NCBI RefSeq assembly: GCF_006345805.1 | Contig: NC_043013.1 | Coordinates: 3,906,001 to 3,970,000, forward strand | DNA from: Octopus sinensis | Taxonomy: Eukaryota | DNA length: 64,000 bases | Direction of reading: 5' to 3' | Shown: positions 52,529 through 64,000 of the stretch, in pieces | Numbering within the stretch: position 1 is the stretch's first letter | How the letters are laid out: each line of letters opens with the position of its first letter | The notes under the pieces: model-generated | What the model was told of the DNA's origin: nothing | Database searches by the model: none | Seen by the model: only the letters and a program-made list of their open reading frames with translations | Program-made: the position numbers and the translations under genes

Positions 52529-52901
52529 TATATGTATATTGTGTGTGTATATATATATTATATATATATATATATAATGTAGATCTCGGTAAATATTTCC
52601 GACCGTGACCGTTGTCAACTAAACCAAAAGGTTCACTGAATTATTGTGTAAGTGACTGAGTATTCCACGGATACGGTACCCTCCCCTCCTTCATGTAATT
52701 CTCAGGTGGAAGCAAGGCGACGCAGTGTGACAAGGCTGGATAGATGAAACACACATAAACACCTATCGAATTGCCTTCTAAGCAGCTTTGTCTACCACGC
52801 CAGTTGAACTCACAAAGTATGGATTGATCGGAGCTATAGAGGCAGCAAAAGCGAAACCCCCATCTCATGACAGCAAAGCAAGTTGAAACATTTGGCCATG
52901 C

Positions 52902-52968
<67 letters not shown>

Positions 52969-53557
52969 AAACGCGTAGATACAAACATACAAAGAGGGAC
53001 ATTGTACCTTTAAATATGAATTGTATTTTTATTGTTCCAACAGAAAGTTAAATGCATACATAAATACACACACACGCACGCGCTCGCACACACACATATT
53101 TACAGAAACCAGCGCGTACACATACACACACATAATGCATGAATTATTTCTGTTAAGACAAATGGTCACACATATACAATTAGTCTCACCCACGCTCGTA
53201 AATGCATGTTCATAGACACACTTCAAAGAAATGCGTAAACTAGACACCAAGCTGAATTTTGTCAGCTATGCCGTGTCATTGGGCAATTTCTAAATATCCT
53301 AACGTTTAATATCTCATCACTTACAATTCAATAATGCACACATGCGCACACACGCAGACACAAATATACACAAACATACCTATATATTAATGGTTGTTTT
53401 TATGTTACGTTTTATGTGGTGTGTATGATGTTGAGTGTATAACGGTTAGTTTACATATAAATACACACACACACATATATATCACCTAAATATATGTATG
53501 CGAGCATGCACGTATACATATGTACATATGTGTTTATGTACACATGTATGTTCTGTG

Positions 53558-53619
<62 letters not shown>

Positions 53620-53626
53620 CAAAATA

Positions 53627-54105
<479 letters not shown>

Positions 54106-54352
54106 AAGCAACAAGTATATCCAAGGCAGAGTAGTACAATTGTTTCCTGCTACTTCATTTTATTAAACACTGTAAGTGTTACATCAGTTTTAAAATGTCG
54201 AGCAATCTTCAGCCACATATAGAATTTTCCAATCAAACGGACAATGCACATTCTTATCCGTATTTTAAAACTGATGTAATACTTACAGTGTTAAATCAAA
54301 TGAAGTAGCATGAAACAATTGTACTACTCTACCTTGGATATACTTGTTGCTT
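54106..54352. repeat. Inverted repeat with 91-bp arms and a 65-bp spacer
   Basis: 54106-54196 versus 54262-54352, five mismatches by eye. Confidence 0.9.
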
Positions 54353-54714
54353 ATTTTGATTATAATCACCCCATTTGATTTATATGGATAATACCATACA
54401 AAATTCTGGTGCCTTTGACTGAAGTACCATATTCATCTGAATCTAAGTTTTGCTGAACTTTTAGTCACCAGTTTGTGCTACTTCATGATGACCCGACTAG
54501 CAATAGTGAAGGTGTGTTCCTAAATAGAGCCTTGAGATTCATGATATACTCAGTCGGGTGCAGCTAATCGTATATACAACCGGCATAGTAATCTGTCTAT
54601 ACGTTGGTATGTAGGTATTTACTTTTATGCTTTCCTAATGTACATGATCCCCTTTATTTAACCTGACCCGGTGGTTTACCATTTCAGTACTTGATTCACT
54701 TGAACCTGAACTCT

Positions 54715-54753
<39 letters not shown>

Positions 54754-54849
54754 GTGTATGTGTGTACGTGTGTGTATGTGTGTGAGTGCGCGCACGTTCG
54801 CGTGCGTGCGTGTGTGTATATATGAGTGAGTGTGTGCATGTGTTTGTTA

Positions 54850-54885
<36 letters not shown>

Positions 54886-55145
54886 AGGGCTTAGTAAATT
54901 AATTACTTTGCCACATACTGAACTCATTAGAAATAGCAGCTAAAGAAATTTCTTTAGCCATTTCTAATACTTAAAGAAGATCTCTCTCAGATAGTGTTTG
55001 CTCAAACCAACTCACGAAGGTATGGGGGTAAAAACATTAAAAAATCAAGTGCAAAGGTTATTTGAGAACGTACGTTTGGTCCCTTTACATACTGAATACT
55101 TGGTGAAATTGATTAATAATTAATTAATTTTACCCTCAATTGTTG

Positions 55146-55176
<31 letters not shown>

Positions 55177-55180
55177 CCGA

Positions 55181-55254
55181 TGGCCGGATAACTGAATAGA
55201 TGGCGGTGTGAATTTCCACCCCAGCATCCGAAACTCGGAGTTTTATCATGGCTA
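55181..55254 (+). ncRNA. Degenerate type I hammerhead motif
   Basis: Stem I GAUAA/UUAUC (extendable), GAAAC-UCGGA-GU-U stem III and triplet intact; core CUGAAUA and stem II left arm damaged. Confidence 0.5.
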
Positions 55255-55349
55255 CCGAATAATTGTCACATATTACAATTACAGATAAATTTCTCTATTT
55301 ACATAATATCGAGGTCTCTCTCGTTCTTTTGTGTCTTACCATTTCTATC

Positions 55350-55384
<35 letters not shown>

Positions 55385-55490
55385 ATATATATATATATAT
55401 CTACGCATTTATTAAAGTCGAAAAAGTCTTTGCCAACTGTCACTCAGAGTTTCAAGTTCTTGTTCACCGGACATCTGTAATCATACTGTA

Positions 55491-56770
55491 CACTAACACT
55501 AGTTTCGTCCAAATGTCTCATGTGCAAAATAAGAGAACCATTAGACTTCTTCAGAAATTTCTGGGAATTTCAAACATTGCATACATTTGCAGGCTCAACG
55601 TTACTACCGTCGCAAGATTGTGCTGGCTTCCGAACATGGCACACAACGTTAAAGTTACTCCCCATCTCCGGAAAGAAATTGTTTCAGGAATGACTTTCTC
55701 GGCTATTTCACGAAATGTAAGGAGATCTAAAAGTGTTGTTGCACGTGTTCTTAAGCTCTATGAAGAAAGTAAAGGTTCTGAACCGGAGAAGGCAACTGGT
55801 AGACCACGCAAAACAACCATGCAAGATGATCGAGTCATGAAACTACGTGTTGAAGGATTCTCTCGAGAATGCGGTTAGAATTTCTAAGAAAATAAAAGTA
55901 AATAATGGTACGAAAGTGAGCTGCTTTACAGTGTCTCGTCATCTGAAGGAATTTGGATCAAAGACTCGTTCCCCGGCAACGAAACCCACCATCAGCAAGA
56001 AGGACAGATTGGAAAGACTTTCATTCGTAGAAACCCATGTGGACTGGAGGGATGAAAATTGGTCAAGAAGTTCATTTTAGCGATGAAAGCGAATTCAACT
56101 TAGTAGGTTCAGATGTTAGCCAGTATGTTAGGTACTTCACAGGAGAACGGCTAAAATCCAAGTGTCTGAAGAAATCTGCCAAGTTTGGAGGAGGAAGCGT
56201 CATGATGTGGGGATAGATTTCTTCTGAAGGAGTTGGCCTTCTAGTGCAGATTAAAGGGACCGTTAATCCTAATATCTATTTGGATTTGGTTCAACAGCAT
56301 TGATCCAATCCTTACGAGTATTTTCGAATCAACCATGCGTTTTCATGCAAGATAACACCCCTTGTCATACTGCAAAGCGTGTTACTGGATTCTTTAGTAA
56401 ACAAAATATCCAAGTAATGAAGTGGCCAGTACAAGGTCCAGACATAAATCGAATTGAAAATCTTTGGAAGATACTTGGAGACAAAGTAACAGAAAGGGTA
56501 CCAACTCTTACGACGAATTTATGGAAGATATTAGAAGAGGAATGGAAGAAAGTAAGACCTAACTTGTGCAGAAAATTCGTTATGTGCTGAGGCAATGGAT
56601 GTGAAGAGGTGATCGCCAACAAATATCTACAAACATCATACTAACTGTATTAAGTTCATATTTACATTTCTGACACTCATTGGTAGGGTTTTGAGTTAAT
56701 TGAAGCATGTTTTGGTTTGAGCGTTCTCCTATTTTGTACATGAGACATCTGGACGAAACTAGTATTAGTG
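55491..56770 (+). mobile_element. Full-length Tc1 transposon (1280 bp, DD34E), transposase pseudogenised
   Basis: 48-bp TIRs (44/48 identical), TA on the left flank; ATG at 55636; GRPRKTT, FSDES, QDN-x34-E with WP..GPDINRIENLW. Confidence 0.9.
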
Positions 56771-56920
56771 TTATTAACTTTTATTGCACAAACTTAAATA
56801 TTTCACAGAATTTAGCAAACGGTCAACCGTATTTACGGAACCTATTACGAACTTGTACGTTTACTAGCTTTTCCGCAATTTAAAAAAAAATATTAACCGT
56901 TCTCTTTGTTTTGCTCGCTA

Positions 56921-56958
<38 letters not shown>

Positions 56959-57156
56959 GCACACATACATATGCATATACATGGGGCATTTTAAACGTTG
57001 GGCAAAATGCTTGGCAGTATTTCGTTCGTCTTTACGAACAGAGATCAAATTCCAGAGAGATCGTCTTTGCCTTTCATCCTTTCAGGGTCAATATAATATC
57101 TGCCCAGTTGAGCAGTACGATCGATGTAATCGACTTAGCGTCACCCCCGAAATTAC

Positions 57157-57187
<31 letters not shown>

Positions 57188-57440
57188 CTATATATATATA
57201 TATAATATATATATATACACGTTCATATATACACATGTACACACAATATATGTATGTATGTATGTATGTATATATATATATATTATATATATATAATATA
57301 TATATATATTATTATATATAATATATATATATGTATATACATACATACATCATACATACATGGTGTGTGTACATTTGTGTATATATGAACGTATACGTAC
57401 ACACACACACACACACCAATATATATATGCATATGTATAG

Positions 57441-57498
<58 letters not shown>

Positions 57499-57604
57499 AC
57501 ATACATATATACATAAATTTTAACACACACAACTGAAAGAGCTATTAATAGTTTCATGCTTTTATGATGCTTGAACATGTATATTTATAAAATACGCCAT
57601 GTAT

Positions 57605-57605
<1 letters not shown>

Positions 57606-57678
<73 letters not shown>
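57606..57678. repeat. (AG)n
   Basis: Directly visible. Confidence 0.95.
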
Positions 57679-57681
<3 letters not shown>

Positions 57682-58856
57682 GCACTTACACAAGTATGTA
57701 TACATGCATTTATCTATGTATACGTGTACATGTACATATATATCTTTATCTATATCTATATGTGTATGTCGCTGTGTTTGCTGTGTATATGCGTATATAT
57801 ACATGTGTGCACGTTTAATCTTCATTTCATCTTATTCGGTACTTCGTTTATCGAACCCGAAGAAATAGAAAGCAAAGCTGACCTCAACCAGGATTTGAAC
57901 TCGAAACAACATGTCGGAAAAAATACCGCAAATCATTCTGTCCAGTGCTCTACCGACTCTGACAAGTCGCCGTTTACCTACCTATCTATCTGCCTGACTG
58001 CCTGCCTACCTACCTACCTACCTACCTACCTACCTACCTACCTACATACCTTTCTACCTACCTACTTACCTACCTACCTACCTACCTACCTCCCTCCCTC
58101 CCTCCCTACCTACCTATCGACATACGTACATACATATATACATACATAATATTACATATATATATATATAGATATATATGTATACACACACACGCATACA
58201 CATATGCAGATGTATCTATACATGTACAGTTATATAATATATATATAATACACATTTGTATATATATACATATATATATATACTCATGTGTATATATGTG
58301 ATATATATATATATATTTATATATACATACATGTAATGCATATATATATGTATGTATGTATGTTTGTGCGCGCGCGTGTGTGTATGTATGTATGTATGTA
58401 TGTTTGTGCGTGTGTGTGTGTGTGTGTGCTTGTGTGTGTGTGTGTTGCTTGTGTGTGTGTGTAAATCTCCTCATCGATTGTTGTATAGTTCTATATAGAT
58501 GTGTAAGCCATATGAACATTATACTAGATACCACTATCCTGTTATCAAGAGTACCAAATGCTATCTCATCATTCCTTGAAACGTATAAAACACACGACCA
58601 CAATACGTTAAATATATGATTAAAGCACTATTAATATTGTATGTTGTCAGCAATACGTCACTGCTCCAAATATTGAACTAGCACAATATAACTTATATGT
58701 GTCTACCATCAGCTAAACAACGCCAGCACTCATAGCCGGCCACGCCACCATCAACACAATGCGATATCACCTTTGAAGTCGAAATTACAAAGCTGTCCAC
58801 ACCCGCACCCCAACGTTCACGACTAATATTTAATTAAACTGTCACCAACAGTTATA

Positions 58857-59205
58857 GGCGCAGGCGTGGTTGTATGGTAAGAAGCTTGCTTCCCAACCAC
58901 ATGGTTCCGGGTTCAGTTCCACTGCGTGAAACCTTCGGCAAGTGTCTTCTACTATGGCCTCGGGCCGACCAAAGCTTTGTGAGTGGATTTGGTGGACATA
59001 AACTGAAAGAAGCCCGTCGTATATGTGTATATGTTTGTGTGTCTGTGTTTGTCTGCCACCATCGCTTGACAACCGATGTTGGTGTGTTTACGTCCCCGTA
59101 ACTTAGCGGTTCGGCAAAAGAGACCGACAGAATAAGTCGTACGCTTACAAAGAATAAATCCTGGGGTCGATTCGCTTGACTAAACGACTGAAACAAGTAA
59201 AAGAA
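58857..59205 (+). mobile_element. SINE B, near full length
   Basis: Family head to tail, short deletion near the 3' end. Confidence 0.85.
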
Positions 59206-59355
59206 CACTTAATAATAACGAGTCAGTGGGGTAGTCCGGATGTGACGACACACTGGAATATGTTGATATGCTCTATCTAAGAAACCGTCAAGGTGGTCAC
59301 AGTTGGAAGGTTTTTGATTATAGGTATACTTATCTGGAACTGAAGTAAAAATATT

Positions 59356-59800
<445 letters not shown>

Positions 59801-60129
59801 GTAAAAAGATTTATCAAGAGACAAACCTCTGGAATGATGAGGTGGTAATCGGCCGTTCCAAACCGTATTTTCGATTGAGTAATGCCATTAGGTTTAATTG
59901 AAACATGTTAACTGCATTGTGTACAAGTTACTTTTATGATGTCGATGACTTATTAAAATTATGTTCAGTTAAAAAAAAAATGAGGTCACTGTGTATTTAT
60001 TACTGGTCACTTTCAGGCCAATTGGTCATGTGTTCAAATAGCGGTAGGTAAAAGACTAACGCCTTAGCGATATTACATCACGTTCAAACACTATAGAGGT
60101 TGGCTAATGAATTTGTGTCGTCGTTTGTA

Positions 60130-61530
60130 TAAATCCGCAACACCACACACGTGGTTTCGAGTTCTGTACCACTGTACCAACAAGTGTCTTCTAGTGTAAC
60201 CCCCACCTCCCGGGGCGACCAAAGCATTGAAAATGAATTTGGTAAACGGAAACTGAGAGAAGGGTATCACACACACACACACACACACACACATACATAC
60301 ATGTATGTATGTATATATATGTATACACACATACACACACGTATATACTTATGTATGTATGTTTGTGTTGTGTTTGTCCCCTCAGTGTTGGTTTAAGTTA
60401 AGTTAAGTTAAGTTTTGGGCTCAAAAAGCAAAAAGCTAGGCCATGTAGGGGGACATGGAGTTATGTACTGGGAGGGTGTTGATGCAAAGCGTTCAGGCCA
60501 TTTCTGGTCAAGAGAGACTTTGAACCGAGCGGTCGTCGGCATCTTCACTATCTCGTCCGGCAGCTTATTTCACACGGAGAAAGCCCCTCTCCTTCGATTG
60601 AGATGAAATCGTTGCAGATAGAGCTTTTCGGAGTGACCTCGCAGCCGACGCTTTGGAACAGGAGTGAAGAACAGCTCTTTCGAGAGCTTACACTTTCCGC
60701 TTATGATGTTGTGAGCGAGAATGTGATCACCACGGCGTCGTTGTTTTTCTAGAGAATAAAGGTCGAGCGTCTTCAGCCTTTCTTCATAAGAAAAATGCTT
60801 GAGACCAAGAACCATGCGGGTAGCCAGCTTCTGGACTCTTTCGAGATGATGTATGTCTTTGAGGAGATAAGGAGAAGAGGCTTGAATCCCGTACTCCAAT
60901 ATGGGTCTCACCAGCGTGACATAGAGCGGTAGGAATATGGCTGCTATGAGCATTCCGAATGACCGTCGAATCAAAAACAGAACTCCGCGTGCTTTGTTGG
61001 CAGCATGGACGCACTGGGCCGAAGGCGAAAAGGAAGAATCCACCAAGATACCCAGGTCCTTTACCTGATCGGTCCTCTCCAGCAGCATACGACCCGGCTC
61101 GAAATCAAGTTGAGTTGCAGGAGTAGAGCCGACAGGCAGATGACAGCACTTTGACACGTTCAGACACAGGTCCCATTCGTTAGACCATCTCCAAACTTGG
61201 TGGAGGCATCGACGAAGATCATCCATATCACCGCGAGGAGCGACCAGTTTGACATCATCGGCAAATAGAAGGGTGTGTTGTGTGAGATCGTCGGGCAAGT
61301 CATTTATGAAGACTAAAAACAATAATGGCCCAAGCACTGAACCTTGAGGCACGCCACTGCTCGCACTGGTTTGTTTACGTTCTCGTAATCTAGCGGTTCG
61401 ACAAGACTGACCAATAGCATAAGTACCAGGTTTTAAAATGATAAGCACTGGCGTCGATTTGTTTCGACTAAGTCCTTCCAGGCAGTGCACCAGTAGGATC
61501 GCTGTCTAATGTCTGAAATAACTGAAAAGA
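60130..61530 (+). mobile_element. Old SINE B split by a CR1 insertion (parts about 60130-60394 and 61367-61530)
   Basis: GTGTTGGTTT | ... | TGGTTTGTTTACG continues the family consensus. Confidence 0.7.
60395..61366 (-). mobile_element. CR1-clade LINE, 5'-truncated: RT C-terminal half, 3' UTR and (AACTT)n tail
   Basis: GVPQGSVLGPLLF, LFADD, KDLGILVD, LERVQKLATR, YEERL; TSD TGGTTT at 60389-60394 and 61367-61372. Confidence 0.92.
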
Positions 61531-61779
61531 ATATATAAAGATTTGTGCGCGCTCAAGCACATGTACTGTAGAGTTACTTTAATATAAAGTTTAAACAGAA
61601 CAGTACCACAAGGAATGAAGTTTACTCATGAAACACAGGACATCCGGTATTAAGTCTACTGACAGCCAGCCAGACACACAAACACACGCGTCTGTAAAAG
61701 CGCGCGTGCTTGTGTAAAAATGCAGTTACACAAATGAAAAAGTTTCCATTGATAATGTATGCAGCATATGTTTTTACTT

Positions 61780-62290
61780 ACATTATCAACCCCGAAAGGA
61801 TGAAAAGCATAGTCGACCCCAAAGTGATTTAAAGCTGAGTCGATCCCAGCTGCATTTGAACTCAGAATGTTAAAGGCAGCCGCTAAGAATTTTGTCCGGC
61901 GTGGAAACGATTCCGCCAGTTCGCCGCCTTAAAAATACTGGTTTCAAATTTTGGTACAAGGCCAGCAATTTTTGCGGGAGAGGGTAAGTCGATTGCATCG
62001 ACTCCGGTGCTCAACTTGTACTTATTTTATCGACCCCGAAATGATGAAAGGCAAAGTTGACCTCAGCGGAATTTGACCCCAAAAAGTAAAGACGGTACAG
62101 GACGGTATGCTTATGATTCTACCAGTTCACTGCATTCACATCTTTATAATAATAATAATAATCGTTTCAAAATTTGACACGATGCCAGTAATTTCGAGGG
62201 AGGGAGTTCAACTGGTACTATTTTTATGAAAGGTAAAGTCAACCACAGAACGTGAAGACGGTACAAGACAATACAATGCGGGGTTACGTA
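61780..62290 (-). mobile_element. Cluster of degraded SINE A copies
   Basis: Repeated CCCGAAAGGATGAAAG and GGTACAAGGCCAGCAATT words. Confidence 0.7.
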
Positions 62291-62379
62291 AATGAAGCGT
62301 GTAAACAGTGAAAATGATGACCAAATAAATTTTAACAAAGAAAAATTCCGCCCAGAAGGGACTTCCTAGAGTTGCTCTA

Positions 62380-63560
62380 CCCACCAGGGCAAGTGTCCTC
62401 TTCACATCGTTTACGGGTGCATGTTTAGAATAGGCTCATTTACTCGGACCATACTTGCCACGTTCACTAGCGTTTCAATAAAACTGCAGGGCAGGCAACG
62501 ATTTTCACTCTGACCTCACCTTTCTTTTCAAGTGAAATTTAAAGATCTTGATGAGGGCTTGGCCAGAGTGGAAAGTATCTGTCTTCAGTCCTTTTAATTT
62601 GGTCCACCGCACAACCTCTTTTGCTAAGACCACCGAACCAATAAGCACCGTTTATCTTTTCGACCAAAAGAAGGCGGTGAAACGATCTTTATAATGAACT
62701 CAGCCGATAGCCGGATCCGTCCTGCGCATGACAGCAGGTGTTCGACATAAACCCACATGTCAGTAATGCTCGGACACTTAATGAGAGCATTGCAGAACAG
62801 TTTCTTTTTTTGTGGGGAGGGGATATAAAGGCTTACATAAAAGCCAAAAGCAGCATTAGTACGAAATAGAAAAATAGATCGGTTTGTAAGTGTACATCCG
62901 CTCTTCGATTTCGCAGGACTGGCTATCCTACCGTTCTCCCGCTAGTTACTGTAGATATCTGCCAAGGGGTCTCCAAACAAGTCTGTTACGTGAAAAAAAA
63001 GTTCGAAGGACAGACCATTCAAACTAAGCGATTGGCTACCCGCGCACCCAACCATCCCTTCTCATATTTCCGTGGTTGTTATCGGCCTTTTGTAACACTC
63101 TAACTCACTTGCCAAGAGTTGCGGCAGACCGACGATGTAGGCACTGAGATCCATCCTGCATTCCGGCTTACCACTCGTCCTGAACAATCGGGCAAAGTGC
63201 TGTTGAAAAGCTGCCGATATCTGTTTGGGGTCCAGTAAGAAGTGTCTATTTTGATTCGTCAAAGATCGAATTTCGGCTTTGTTGCTATGTTGCAATTCCG
63301 CTATTCGGACTCATTAAACGGTTTTCGTCGCCTTGCATCTTTGACCACGCACTTTGGCACTGACAACGGAACCTTTATATTCCGCCCTGAAGAATTAATC
63401 GCGGACTATTCTGACCACTGTTTATTGCAGCGATACAGCTTCTGAAAACGGGTTCGGAAGCCACAGTTTTTAGGACGGCGTCCACGTCATGACATTCAGT
63501 CATATCTAAAGATTTCGGCTGATTCAAACTGATCAGAGTCCCAACAAAGTCATTTTTATT
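62380..63560 (-). mobile_element. Tx1-like fragments: RT domain 3, EN-RT linker with RT start, and C-terminal region
   Basis: LISLNQPKSLD (LISLD..KAFD-like), AEIRSL...FQQHFARLF, SLSLNGLSFELF (SPGLDGLP-like); 62400-62790 homologous to 13000-13330. Confidence 0.7.
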
Positions 63561-64000
63561 CCCCATTTTCTCTATGATGCATTACATAAGGTGGAGGTTG
63601 TGGAAACCTGTTAGGGATAACACATGTTTGGACTTTCTCTGATGAGAACCTTTTCCCCAAGCAAGATAGAAAGACGTTAGTTAATAACATAATCAGCTTT
63701 CGTTAGGACTACAAAATTTAGCCACAGAAGCTATAAGTGAAATGCAACACAAAATTAACAAATTACACACTCATAGCGCATTGGGACAAATTCTTAATTG
63801 ATGAAAGAAATCTGCCGTTAACAATCTAAAGCAGCACAGTCAGTAATAACGTTATCATCATTAATGTAACATTGTTCTTACGATTCTTGACGGCAATAAA
63901 ACAGTAAAAGCAAATGTTATTAAAAGCCACTTCGTCCAGAACGTATCAGCCCCTAGGCTGAGATAGCAACCTGTTTCTTTTTTAACATTTTCATAATGAA

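Noticed and set aside
61367-61490. First about 40 aa of the 306-aa ORF as part of RT
   Set aside because: They are antisense SINE B sequence beyond the CR1 truncation point and TSD.

Overview
AT-rich, repeat-dense metazoan genomic DNA with no prokaryotic features and no recognisable intact host gene. The SINE families, Tx1/Dong/CR1/Penelope mix and extreme microsatellite density suggest an octopus (coleoid cephalopod) intron or intergenic region; this is inference. Most listed ORFs are translations of microsatellites. Real content: three tRNA-headed SINE families (called A, B, C here) in many copies, some as head-less concatemers; non-LTR retrotransposon remnants (Tx1/L1-like, three Dong/R4-like 3' ends sitting in (TAA)n, CR1, Penelope-like); DNA transposons (full-length Tc1 DD34E, two mariner pieces, a SPIN/Charlie-type hAT, and a GG-ended MITE with an 8-bp TSD carrying telomeric repeats). 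The most interesting signals are several hammerhead-ribozyme motifs of the Penelope type: one intact minimal motif back-to-back with a Pol III tRNA-like head, a CUGUAGA core variant in multiple copies, and a degenerate type I motif. Boundaries of degraded elements are approximate, read by eye.
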